Below are positions 24,233 through 36,388 of a DNA stretch of 64,000 nt, piece by piece. A program made the position numbers and the translations under genes. Source of the DNA: Malacoraja senta (taxonomy: Eukaryota); the NCBI GenBank assembly GCA_038087875.1, contig CM075988.1, forward strand, positions 8,434,001 to 8,498,000, read 5' to 3'. The notes under the pieces are model-generated. The model made no database searches, was not told the origin of the DNA, and was given only the letters and a program-made list of their open reading frames with translations. Position 1 is the first letter of the stretch; each line of letters opens with the position of its first letter.

Positions 24233-25827
24233 GAGATATTGACTGGTTTCAAGGGAAATCTGCAACATCTCCAGTCCCCAGGAGCGGCAAGGAATTTCCA
24301 CACTCAAGAGTGAATGCTTCAAATAGTTACCCACTCCCCAGCAACCTCACTAACATGGACAACCCTCCCAAGAAACCCACAATTACTTAGACAGTCTAGA
24401 GATCGGCACTTGCCTACTTTCCATGCTGGTGGTGTGTAGGGTACGCTGTATAACAAGGTTGCCTGGGTACTCCCCAACCTTGATGAGTCAAAGAGTCACA
24501 CACCAGCCCACTGGGTCTACCCAGGCCACCAAGCAGCAACTTACACAAAACCCCACCTTTTATTGTCCCCACATTCCCATCAACTCCCCCCGATTCTACT
24601 ACTCGTCTTCACATAGAGTCAGTAAGGCACAAAGCAGACAAACCTTCAGCCCATGGGGACTATGACCCATGTACAGTGATCCTACTTGATTACCATTTCT
24701 TTTAGATTCCACCCCCCCCCCCCCCCCACACACCCCATATTCTCCCACTCACCGACACATTAGGACAGTGTACAGCAGCCAATTAACCTAATAACCCAGA
24801 CATCGTTAGGATGTGGGAGGAGACCAAGCATCCGGGGGAAATTGGTGCAGTCACAGGAAAAACATGCAGACTCCACGCAGGCAGCACCCGAGGTCAGAAT
24901 TGAACCTGGTCCTCGTGTGCTGTGAGGCAGCGACTCTTGTAGCTGCCTCTGTTTCTCCACCACCTGACATTCGGGCAGTGAGCTCCACAAACTTGGCAAA
25001 TGTTTCCCTCCACAGATGCTCCCCAGCCCACTGAGTTCCTCCAGCAGTTTGTTTTTTGTGCTCCTGATTCCAGCTTCAGCAGTCTCTTGTGCTCCACATG
25101 TAGATCTGGATGGGCAGTCTAGAATGGACAACGGTCAGCATGGACATCGTGGGAACAAAGTACCTGTTTATATGCTGCGTGGCTCGACAACTCTCGGGGC
25201 CACCACCTGTGCCCCTGTGATGGAAGATTAGGTTCCTCAACATCATATGGACACGAGGAAAATTTGCCCAGCTCCCCAGGGCAATAGGTAACCCTCAATT
25301 CATAGCTCACAAGCTCGATGAATTCAGAATCATACAGCAGGAAACAGACCATTCAGCCCACTAAGTCCATGCTGGCCTGTCGGCACACATCTGCATTAGT
25401 TATACATTGTAGCAATTGGTTCATAGCCTTCCATGTCTATACGATTCAAGTGCTTGCCTAGACAAGGCAACAAAACACTCTTGACTGTTGACTCCTCTTA
25501 AACAAGGGTCTTAACCCGAAACGGCACCCATTCCTTCTATCCAGAGATGTTGCCTGTCCCGATGAGTTACTCCAGCATTTTGTGTCTATCTTCGGTTTAA
25601 TCCAGCACCTGCAGTTCCTTTCGTCCTCCTTTCACGGTACAAAACCAGAAGGAGATCGCGGCTTGAATGTTGTGGTCTGCTGTGAAATAACTGCTCTCTA
25701 CTCACCCCGAGAGAATCTGCCTGCAGAGTGCTAACAATCTCTATGCTTTGGACCTGGCCTCTCCCCACAACAGTCGCTGTCAGCTCTCAGTTCCACAGGG
25801 CTCTTGTGGACCATCAACCTGTTGTGA

Positions 25828-26040
25828 GAGACACAAAATGCTGGAGTAATTCAGCAGGACAGGCAGCATGTCTGGTGAGAAGGAATGGGTGACGTTTCGG
25901 GTTGAAATCCATCTTCAGACGTCTCGACCCGAAACATCACCCATTCCTTCTCCATAGAGATGCTGCCTGTCCTGCCTGAGTTACTCCAGCATTTTGTGTC
26001 TATCTTCGAATTAAACCAGCATCTGCAGTTCTTTCCTACA
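25828..26040. mobile_element. PLE pLTR inverted pair
   Basis: GACACAAAATGCTGGAGTAA...GACGTTTCGGG followed by CCCGAAACATCACC...CTCCAGCATTTTGTGTC. Confidence 0.8.
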
Positions 26041-26244
26041 TCAACCTGCTGTGAATGCCCACAGTCAGGAAAAGCAGAAAGGAAAAACACGTTTCGTTTT
26101 AACCTGTGTTTTAAATATCTTACCAAATATGAATTAAAGGTTGGAGCTTACTTGTACAACTAGTAGAATGAAAACACATACCTCCAGATTCGCTCCATAG
26201 ATGCCGCCTCACCCGGTGAGTTTCTCCAGCATTTTTGTCTATTA

Positions 26245-26510
26245 CCAGATTCAAGAACAGTTTTTTCCAAGCTGTTTTCAGGCAACTGAACCATCCTATA
26301 ACCAACACTTGAACTACCATCTACCTCATTAGACATTGTTTAATCTGACTTTTGTGGACATTATCTTGATCTAAACATTATCCCCTTCATTCTCTATCTG
26401 TACACTGTGGGTGGCTTGATTGTAATCCTATACAGCCTTTCCGCTGACTGGATAGCACACAACAAAAAAGCCTTGCACTATACCTCAGTATACAGGGCAA
26501 TAAACTGAAC
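26245..26510 (+). mobile_element. Rex1/Babar-type LINE 3' end
   Basis: ACCAGATTCAAGAACAGTTTTTTCC (TRFKNSFF) and tail CAATAAACTGAAC. Confidence 0.7.
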
Positions 26511-26569
26511 AATTCCCCACCGACCAGCAAATCTTTGGGATGTGGGAGAAAAACAGATTACCAAGGAGG

Positions 26570-26872
26570 AGGGTGGCACAGCTGGTAGAGCTAAAGCCTC
26601 ACAGCACCAGAGACCGGGTTCAATTCTGACCTCAAGTGATGTGGAGTTTGTACGTTCTCCTTGTGACTATGTGGGTTTTCTCCGGGTGCTCCGGTTTCCT
26701 CCCACATCCCAAAGACGTACAGGTTTGTAGGTTAACTTGTCTCTGTAAATTGCCCCTAATGTGTCAGGAGTGGATGTGAAATTGGGATAACATAGAACTA
26801 GTGTGAATGGGTGATCGATGGTTGGCGTGGAATCGGTGGGCTGAAGGGCCTGCTTCCACACTACATCTCGAA
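26570..26872 (+). mobile_element. HE1/V-SINE-type SINE
   Basis: Family consensus. Confidence 0.8.
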
Positions 26873-27240
26873 AGTCCACCCAGTCACAAGAAGAACATAT
26901 AAACTATCCACACAGACGGCACCGCAGGTTGAGATCGAACCCGGGTTACTGGAGCTGGAAGGCAGCAATGCCATCTTCTTTGACACCAGCTAATTTGGGA
27001 GTAGGGAGAAAACTGTTGGAATATCATGCGTCAGATACTTCACACAGAATAATTAAACTCAAGGTTGTTTCTTATGAGGGGACTCACCTCTTCTCACAAT
27101 TCAGCTTGCTGCAGTTTTCATAATCAAAGTTGCAGCAGCAACACAGTCAAACTCAACACCTCATCCATGACACACGTCCATTGCAAGAGCTTCCACATTG
27201 CAAGCAGAACTTTGCAACATTGGTTCCAAACTGTAACACC

Positions 27241-27540
27241 TTTAGTTTAGTTTAGTGATACAGCGTGGAAACAGGCCCTTCGGCCCACTGACTCAGCACC
27301 GACCAATGATCACCCATTCACTAGTTCTACCCTACACACGAGAGACAATTCACAGAAGTCAATTAACCTACAAGCCTGCACGACTTTGGAACGTGGGAGG
27401 AAACCGGAGCACCCAGAGAAAACCACACCGTCACAGGGTGAACATATAAACTCCGTACAGACAGCACCCGCAGTCAGGATCGAACCCTGATCTCTGGCAC
27501 TGTAAGGCAGCAACTCTACCGCTGCGCCACTGTGCCACCC
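27241..27540 (-). mobile_element. HE1/V-SINE-type SINE
   Basis: Family consensus, full length. Confidence 0.85.
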
Positions 27541-27915
27541 TTGCATGAACTCCCGTGCATGAACTTCTGCCATGTTTAATGCTGCTTAAATTCTGAAAAC
27601 AAAAAGTCATAATTTGTCGTACCAGAACATCTATACGTCAACTTAATTAACCTTTCACCGGCAGTCTCTGTAATAATCTATTGTCTCAAAGCTGTGAGTT
27701 TAGGCACATCTGTTATTGCACTAAATTAGCCTGTTTGTGTAAAAAATCCACCATGTGTTATTTCAATACATTAGTTTCAAAATCATAATAGCACCCAAAG
27801 GGACATTCCATGAATGGGTTAATTAGTGCACCATCAGGGGAAATAAATCTGTCTGGGATCAGTCTGGTCACTAAACCTGGACCTGGACCTAAACACTTCA
27901 TTGCTGTCACTGTAG

Positions 27916-27949
27916 TGTAGTGACATTGGGAGGCCACCAGAGGGTGCAT
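27916..27949 (+). promoter_or_regulatory. Candidate CTCF site with upstream (U) motif
   Basis: TGTAGTGAC-ATTGGG-AGGCCACCAGAGGGTGCAT: core-like motif plus a TGCAGTNCC-like upstream module at typical spacing; motif match only. Confidence 0.45.
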
Positions 27950-28170
27950 CTCTCACACGCCACCATTTAGTCTGCTCACAAAGACAGCCACCCAGACAGC
28001 AACACAACTTGCACACAATCTGTAAGGTGGCAGATCAGTCCTTCAAATGCAGAATGCTCATTTTACAAATAAGCAGGATAAATTCATTGGGGCCTCTTTT
28101 GAATGTTCATTTACAGACGGTGCCCAAGCCAGGCCACTCTCTGTGTGTTGGTCCCAGAAGAGGATCTGCA

Positions 28171-28521
28171 ATCATTCTCCCCCTCCCATTCCGAATCCGA
28201 CCTTTCTGTCCTGGGCCTCCTCCATGGCCAGAGTGAGGAGCACTGTAAATTGGAGGAGCAGCACCTCATATTTCGCTTGGGCAGTTTGCACCCCAGCGGT
28301 ATGAACATTGACTTCTCTAATTTCAGGTAGTCCCTACTTTCTCCTCCCCTTCTCAGCTCTCCCTCAGCCCACTGTCTCCACCTCTTCCTTTCTTCTTCCC
28401 ACCCCCCCCCCCCACCCTCACATCAGTCTGAAGAAGGGTTTTGACCCGAAACGTTGCCTATTTCCTTCGCTCCATAGATGCTGCCTCACCCGCTGAGTTT
28501 CTCCAGCATTTTTGTCTACCT
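28171..28521 (+). mobile_element. Penelope-like 3' fragment with hammerhead motif
   Basis: Peptide SPSHSESDLSVLGLLHGQSEEHCKLEEQHLIFRLGSLHPSGMNIDFSNFR; CTGAAGA...GAAACGTT at 28428-28455. Confidence 0.88.
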
Positions 28522-29376
28522 GCAATCATTCATTACAATTGCTCCACTCTTTTAAACTGCTCCAACAGCATCATTTCTTACTATATCTACACTGTGGACG
28601 GCTCGACTGTAATCATGTATACTCTTTTCGCTAACTGCATGGAAGCTTTTCACTGTACCTCAGTACACGCAACAATAAACTAAACTAAACAAACATGATC
28701 AGTCTAATAGGCCTTTATTGAAGTGCAGAATTCAGATAATCTGATCAACAACCTTGTGGCCTGCTCACCCACACTTCCCCTCCCCCAGTTCACACATTGT
28801 CTCTCTAATCTCTCAACCACCTATTGTTTTTGGCTCACATTTGGGGATTTAGTTCAACAGATGGCCTCAATCTCCCACCATCTCGTCCAGCATACCTGAT
28901 TTAGACAGAGAGGGGAACATTTTATCTGTCGAGGATCGTGATGATGTCTGTCTCATCTCTCCAATGTCTCTGTCATCTCTCCATTCTCCTTTGATTTCAA
29001 TCAATGGGAGTAAACAGGTGGAGTGATCCATAACCAATATCTACACTCCAAGGAGCTAAATAGAGAATCTCTGAAGAATCAGTGATTCTAAATGTAATGT
29101 GCAGGAACCCTTTACTTATCACCTCTTCCACAGCCAACAATGGACTATCGTGGGCTACACCTTTCCACAGTGTACAGATAATAAGAAATGATGCTGTTGC
29201 ACTCTTATACTCATGGCTTCCTGTCTAGAACTCTTGGTCACAATCTCTGGAGAACAAGAGTAGGGGAAGTTTTGAGTCAGAACCCTTCCTTATAGATTTA
29301 CTACCGTCTAGGTGACGAAATGGCCAATCTCTAATTTTGAGATTGTGACTAAGAGTTCAAGACTTACCTTTTAACA

Positions 29377-29571
29377 GACTTCTGACCGACATCTACTACA
29401 AACCCACTGACTCCCACGGCTATCTGGACTACACTTCTTCCCACCCTGCTTCCTGTAAGGACTCTATCGCCTACTTTCCCTACCCTTGCCAGCTCTCCGA
29501 CAGCCCACTGTCTCCGCCTCTTCCTTTCTTCTTCCCGCCCCCCCCCCCCACATCAGTCTGAAGAAGGGTCT
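29377..29571 (+). mobile_element. Internally deleted Penelope-like fragment (RT thumb joined to pLTR)
   Basis: Translates LLTDIYYKPTDSHGYLDYTSSHPASCKDSI, then jumps to the 3' polypyrimidine tract and CAGTCTGAAGAAGGGTC. Confidence 0.75.
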
Positions 29572-30000
29572 GAAGCAAAGTAACTGCGATATTCACTTGT
29601 TCCTCAATACATTGATCTCAAAACCTATTTCTTACACATGTAAACCATTAGGTACAGGAGGAGGTTATTCAGCCCTCTTGAACCTCCTACCCCATTCAAT
29701 AATATCATGGCTGTGCCAACATTCGTCAGGTCTATTTTCCTATCGCTCATGATTAAAAATCCGTCTATCGTAACTTTAAACATTTTAAAGGATTTATTCT
29801 CCACAGCTCTCGGGGTCAAAGAACTGCAAAACCCCTTTAAAAGCTCTTTAAAAGAAGAAATTCTTACTTACCTCAGCATTAAGTGGGCATCCCTTTATTC
29901 TGACTATCCCATGATAGGAAATAACGTTCAATTAGAATTGGGAGCTGAACAGAGCTTATTGAAATATATGTATCGTAAGGTCAGCTCCCATACTTCAAAA

Positions 30001-30316
30001 TGGATGGCACAGTGTCACAGCTGGTGGAGCTGCTGCCTTCTAGTGCCAGAGACCTAGAATCGATCCTGATCTTGAGTGCTGCCTGAGTGGAGCTTGCACG
30101 TTCTCCCTGCAACCGCATAGATTTCCTCTGGGCGCTCCGGTTTCCTCCAATACACCAAAGGCATATGGGCCTGTAAGTTAATTGGCCTCAGTAAATCGCC
30201 TTTAATGTGTAGGCAAAGTGGGATAACATAGAATAAGTGTGAACGGGTGATCAATGGTTGGTATGGACTCGGTGGGCCTAAGGGCCTGGTTCCATCCTGT
30301 ATATCTAAACTAAACT
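30001..30316 (+). mobile_element. HE1/V-SINE-type SINE
   Basis: Family consensus, more diverged. Confidence 0.8.
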
Positions 30317-30734
30317 CCAAGAGGCAAACTGGTCAATATTACCTCAGAAGACAATTAATTAGCCAGGATCTTCTCAGTGAATCTTGTCAGAATTGTTTCT
30401 AATAAATATATCTTTTTATTTTGTTGGTTCACTGCTTGATCAATGGTGTTTTATCATTAATGTATTATTATTATTAATGTTTAGTGTTTTTTGAATCATT
30501 CGTAACTGTCACTGTATGTCATGTTGTTACTTGTGGGCGGAGCACCAAGGCAAATTCCTTGTATGTGAATACTTGGCCAATAAACTTACTCACTTACTTA
30601 TATATTTCCTAAAATAAGAGGAACAGTACTGTGCAGGTACTCAAGATGTCTTCTCACTAATGCCCTAAACAAGAGCAGCAATACTTTGCAAGTTTTATAC
30701 TTCAACTCCCTTGAAATACATTGATACATAAAAC

Positions 30735-32220
30735 ACTACAGCACAGGAATAGGAATAGCACACAATGTTTGTGCTGAACATGATGTCTGTTCTCCTCTGC
30801 CTTGCAACCCATATCCCTCCATTCCCTGCATATCCATGTGCCCATCCAAAAGCCTCTTAAATGTCACTACTGTACCTGCCTCCAACACCACCACTAGGCA
30901 TCTGCCACTGTGTAAAAACTTGTTCCACACATCATATCATATACTTATTAAAAGTCTGATCTTGTATGTGCGTATATGTATGTGTACATGTGTGTGTATA
31001 TGTGTATGTATATGTGGTTGTCTTTACATCTTCGCAAAAACACTCTGCAGTAACGATTACATTTTTACATATTCCGATTGACATTTTTCCCGTCGAGGCC
31101 GGGAACACCTTATCTGAACATTTTATGCTTTATTTCTCGACTTATACTCGACTCATTACTGATTAAAAGTCTAAAAAACTCAAAAGAATTTGAAATTAAA
31201 ACCACCAGCTACAACTGATGACATCACAATGGCTCAGCTAGCAGAGATCAGCCTCAATGAAGATTTCATCCTATATTTGACATGTTATTCGCGATTAAAG
31301 CTTTAAAAATGCCAACTTTCACAAGATTTTTACGTATTCTGATTCACATTTTACCCCTCTAAGCAGAGATCACTTTCACTGCACATTTTATGCTTTATTT
31401 CTCGACATTACTGACATCACAATGGATAGACTAGCAGGGGGAGGGCGAATTGTTATTGCAACACACAGGACAAGTGCAATTGGATTTTTTTTTTAAAGAG
31501 CGCTGCTGAGGGAGGCAAGGCAGTGCTGGAATCTTACATTCGGGAACAGCTTGAGTTGGAGGACCATGCCTCCCATGGGGGCTACGGATAGGGAACGGGT
31601 GCGTTGGGGGAGCAGACCCAACGGGTCTGCACTTGGTCTAGTTACCTTTAAATGTTGCACCTCTCAACTTAAAGCTATGCCCTTTAGTTTTTGACATTTC
31701 TACCCTGGGATAATGATTCTGACTATCCACCCTATCTATGCCTCTCAACATTTTATATAGTTCGATCAGGTCTCCCCTCAACCTCTGAGACTCCAGAGAA
31801 AACAATACAAGTTTGTCCAACCTCTCCCTATAACTAGTACCTTCTAATCCAGGCAGCATTTTGCTAAACCTCTTCTGCACCCTCTCCAAAGCCTCCACAT
31901 CCTTCCTGTAATGGGGTGATCCAAATTGCACGCACTACTCTTAAATGCATCCTAACCAAAGATAGACACGAAAAGCTGGAGTTACTCAGTGGGTCAGACA
32001 GCATCTCTGGACATTTCGGGTTGAGACCCTTCTTCAGAGCCTAACCATAGTCCTCTAAATCTGCATGATGATTTCCTGACACTTATACTCATGGCTTCCT
32101 GACTCTGATACTTAATACCCCGACCGACAAAGGCAAACATATCATACAACTTCTATACCATTCATGTTGCCACTTTCAGAGAGTTATGGACTTGAACTCC
32201 AACATCCCTCTGCACATCAA
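30735..32220 (-). mobile_element. CR1 3' fragment interrupted by a Helitron-like element and a PLE unit
   Basis: ORF 31638-31931 QFGSPHYRKDVEALERVQKRFSKMLPG...; the CR1 continues at 30931 after the insert is removed. Confidence 0.85.
30932..31641 (+). mobile_element. Non-autonomous Helitron-like element
   Basis: A|TC start, CTAG|T end, subterminal hairpin GCAGACCC-AAC-GGGTCTGC (31612-31630), no TSD, splits a CR1 fragment. Confidence 0.8.
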
Positions 32221-32809
32221 ATAAAAGTCAGCATTTCAAATTACTACCTAGCACCTAGCTTTATCTGCCTCATGTGCAGGGGCCTCTACATTTCTTTGTG
32301 TTGCGAATTTCTGAATTCGCTCTCAAGGGTCAAGAGTCAAGAGTCAAGAGTGTTTTATTGTCATATGTTCCAGATAGAACAATGAAATTATTACTTGCTA
32401 CAGCACAACATAATATGTAATCGTGATGAATAATATAACAAAAACTCCCCATTTTCTTTAATATTCTTCCCTTCAAAGTGAACAATTCACATATTTCTAC
32501 ACTAACCCATTTGACAATTGTCCACTTACTCACTCTGTCTATATCTCTCCATTTACATTCCCCTCACATCTTGCATTCTCACCTTCCGCAATTTTGTACC
32601 ATCAGCAAATTAGGCCGCAGTACATTTGCCTGAACGATTAATATATATTGTAAACAGCTGCATTCCCAATACCGAATCTTGTGGTACTCAACAGTTTCAT
32701 GTATTCAACCTGAAAATTACTCCCTTTTCCCAACATTGCTTTTTGGTAGTTAGCTAATCCTCTGTCCATGCTAATTTATTACCTCCAACATCTTTAATAA
32801 TATTTCATA

Positions 32810-33168
32810 TAATAATAATAATAATGGATTGGATTTATATAGCGCCTTTCTAATACTCAAGGCGCTTTACATCGCATTATTCATTCACTCCTCAGTCACA
32901 CTCGGTGGTGGTGAGCTACTTCTGTAGCCACAGCTGCCCTGGGGCAGACTGACGGAAGCGTGGCTGCTAATCTGCGCCTACGGCCCCTCCGACCACCACC
33001 AATCACTCACACACATTCACACACATTCACACACATTCACACGCAGGCAAAGGTGGGTGAAGTGTCTTGCCCAAGGACACAACGACAGTATGCACTCCAA
33101 GCGGGATTCGAACCGGCTACCTTCCGGTTGCCAGCCGACCACTTAGCCCATTGCGCCATCTGTCGTCC
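32810..33168 (-). mobile_element. Young tRNA-derived CORE-type SINE with L2-like tail
   Basis: Head TGGCGCAATGG...GGTTCGAATCCC, CORE-like GTGTCCTTGGGCAAGACACTT, (TGTGAATG)n, tail GTAAAGCGCC...AGGCGCTATATAAAT + (ATT)n; CpGs intact. Confidence 0.85.
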
Positions 33169-33479
33169 ATATGGCACCTTGTCAAACATATTTTTAAAAT
33201 ACATCTACCTGTTCCCCACTATCTGCTCTGGTTGATACTTATTCAAAGCATAATATATTTGCCAAACATGTTTTTCCTTTCATGAACCAAGCTGACTTTG
33301 CTTAATCAGGTTATTGCTTTCCAAAGGTTCTTCTATTATCTCCTTAATAATTGATGCAAACAATTTTGCAATAATAGACATTAAGTTACTCTTTATATAT
33401 TAATCTTCCGCACAAGAACACAAGCAGATAGGTTCAGGAGCAGACCACCTGGCTCCTCAAGCTGCCCTGACATCCCACA

Positions 33480-33843
33480 TGAATTATGAGAGGAATAGGT
33501 CGGGTAAACGCACAGAATCTCTTGCCCAGAGCAGGGGAATCGAGAACCAGGGGTCATAGGTATAAGGTGAGGGTGGAATGATTTAATAGGAACCTGAGGG
33601 GTAACTTTTTTTTCCACAAGGGATGGTGGGTGTATGAAACGAGCTGCCAGAAAAGGTAGTTGAGTCAGGTACTATTGCAATGTTTAAGAAACATTTAGAC
33701 AGTTACATGGATTGGATAGGTTTACAAGGATATGGACCGAACACAGGCAGGTAGGACTAGTGCAGATGGGACATTTTGGTTGGTGTGGGCAAGTTGGGCC
33801 GAAGGGCCTGTTTCCACACTGTATCACTCTATGACTCTATGAT
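33480..33843 (+). mobile_element. CR1 LINE 3' end
   Basis: GGGGAATCGAGAACCAGGGGTCATAGG...GGGCCGAAGGGCCTGTTTCC...(CTCTATGA)n. Confidence 0.8.
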
Positions 33844-34355
33844 CACGGCTGATCTCTGCTGGTCTCATCACCTCGTCTGTGTCATTTACGCATGCACTCA
33901 CCCCCCCCACACCCCGGTCTAATCTTCACAACCCTTTGTTTAAAAGATCTTAACATCTTCCTTGTCATGCCTCCTTAGGATCTTGTATGTCTCAGTAAGA
34001 TCACTCCTCGTTCTTCTAATGTCCAAAAAATACAGACCCAAGCCGTTTGACCTCTTGGGTTAAAACAATTCTCTCATCTCAGCAATTAGCCTAATGAATC
34101 TTGCCTCTAATGCTATTAAATCCTTTCATGCGTAAATAGACCAAAACTGTGCACAGTACTGTAGGTGTGGCCTCACCAATGGTATCAAAACTTCCCTATT
34201 TCTAAACTCCAAACCCTTTGCCAGCTTACTGTTAATTTGTTTCCTTGTTTGATTTGTTTACATAGATTACAATTCCCCCTCAAAATGATATTATGCTAGG
34301 TACATGGACCTGCCTTACTTGTACTATGCCCTATAGTAATCCTATATACAATCCT

Positions 34356-34745
34356 GTGGCAGCACAGTGGCAGAGTTGTTGCCAGAGACCCAGGTTCCAT
34401 CCTGACAATAGATGGTACACAAAAATGCTGGAGAAACTCAGCGTCTATGGGGCGAAGGAAATAGGTAACGTTTTGGGCCGAAACCCTTCTTCAGACTCTG
34501 ACAATAGATGCTGTCTGTACGGAATTTGTACGTCCTCCTCGCGATCGCATGGGTTTTACCCGGGTGTTCTGGTTTCCACTCACATTCCAAAGATGTACAG
34601 GTTTGTAGGTTAATTGGCTTGGGTAAAAATTGTAAATTGTCCCTAGTGTGTAGGATAATGCTGGTGTATGAGGTGATCGCCGGTTAGCGCAGACTCGGAG
34701 GGCCAAAGGGCCAGTTTGGCTCTGTGTTTCTAAACTATACTAAAC
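34356..34745 (+). mobile_element. HE1/V-SINE-type SINE interrupted by an 83-bp PLE unit
   Basis: SINE consensus resumes after the TSD at 34498-34510. Confidence 0.85.
34415..34497 (-). mobile_element. 83-bp hammerhead-headed PLE pLTR unit
   Basis: 13-bp TSD CTGACAATAGATG (34402-34414 / 34498-34510); minus strand starts AGTCTGAAGAAGGGTTTCGGCCC. Confidence 0.88.
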
Positions 34746-36265
34746 TCCCTCTAAACCAACGCTTTTATTGCACCAGGGGCGAAGCTTCCAAAGAAGCCGG
34801 ATGCATTTTGTAATGAGCTGTGTGTGTGAAAGGCTCCATATAAAATGTTAGTCTTCTGTAATTTACAATAAGATAATTAGAATCAATCAAAGCGTGAGAG
34901 ATTTGAACAAACAACCCTGTGTGCTATTTCCTACTCTGATTTTATTTGAGAATATTGCACTCCGTGCTCCAGGGGAATAAATTCCACACAAACAGTTTAA
35001 TTTGGAAATTGTTATCATTTTTGTTGGGTCTAATCTCTCCCCCTGAGGAAAATGCAATTAGTCTAAATTGACTTTCGATCCGCCAACTATATAATTATGT
35101 TGTGAAATGCTAATCCAGTTGGGAGAATTCCCAAGCCTTGCTTGGTTCGTAATTACACAGCACCCTTCCCATCCTCCAAGTAGTAAAACAACTCCATCCT
35201 CACTCCTCCAACCTGGGATATCTGTTGGGAGGACTTGATACATAGAACTTAGAACCATATAGTACAGGATCAGACCCTTCGGCCCACAATGATTGTGTAG
35301 AACATGATACCAAGTTATTCCGGTCTGCCTCCATCTGATTCATATCCCTCCTTGCATTGCATGTCCACGTACCTATCTTTTAAAAACCATGCACCTATCT
35401 TTTATCATATCTGCCTCCACCACACTCCATGTAAAAAATGTGTCCAGCACATCCTTAAACTTTCCGCTGCTCATTAAATCTATGACCTCTATCTTTGACA
35501 TTCCTATCCTGGGGAAAAGGTTCTGATTGTCTACTCTCTCTCTGCCTCTCATAAATGTATATACTTCCATCATGTCCCCCCAGCTAATATTGGGTATTTT
35601 TATGGCGGAGATTGACAGATTCTTCATCAGTAAGGGTATCAAGGGTTATGGGGAAAAGGCAGGAGAATGGGGTTGAGAGGGAAAGATAGATCAGTCATGA
35701 TTGAATGGCGGAGTAGACTCGATGGGCCGAATGGCCTAATTCTGCTTCTATGATTTATAAACTATCCCTAATGGATATTAGATGAGATACTTAGGAGCGA
35801 TGATGTAACTGTTACTCTCAGAACATTTCTTTGGAATAATTAATCACCATAAATATTCACCATAAATATTCATCTTAAATATTTGCAAACTCTTCCATCT
35901 CCCTCTTTTCATAACCTTGGATACCCCAAGCCAAGACTGCTGTCTGATCAAGATCAACAATAATCATAGAACTGATTAGTTATATACATATATATATATT
36001 AGTTACATGAAGCAAAACATCAAGGTGAGGCTGGACTGACTGCCCTTGATATCAGGCAGCATTTGACCACGCAGGAGATCAAGGAGCCATGGGAATATGA
36101 AGTTAATGGGGGTTGAAGAGAAAACAATATTTCATACAAACAAAGACCGAAGATGCAAAAGATCTACTGAATCTGGAATCGTGAGCAAAAAAACAACGCT
36201 GGAGGCACAGCAGGTCAGGCAGCATCTGTGGAGGGAAAGGGGTGGACAACAATTCAGGTCGGGAT

Positions 36266-36388
36266 GTTTAAGAAGAAACTGCAGAAGCTGGAAAATTGAA
36301 GGTAGACAAAAATGCTGGAGAAACTCAGCGGGTGAGGCAGCATCTATGGAGCGAAGGAAATAGGCGACGTTTCGGGTCGAACCCCTTC
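36266..36388 (-). mobile_element. PLE pLTR unit nested in an older PLE pLTR pair (~36140-36500)
   Basis: 13-bp direct repeat TTCAGGTCGGGAT (36253-36265 / 36389-36401). Confidence 0.75.
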
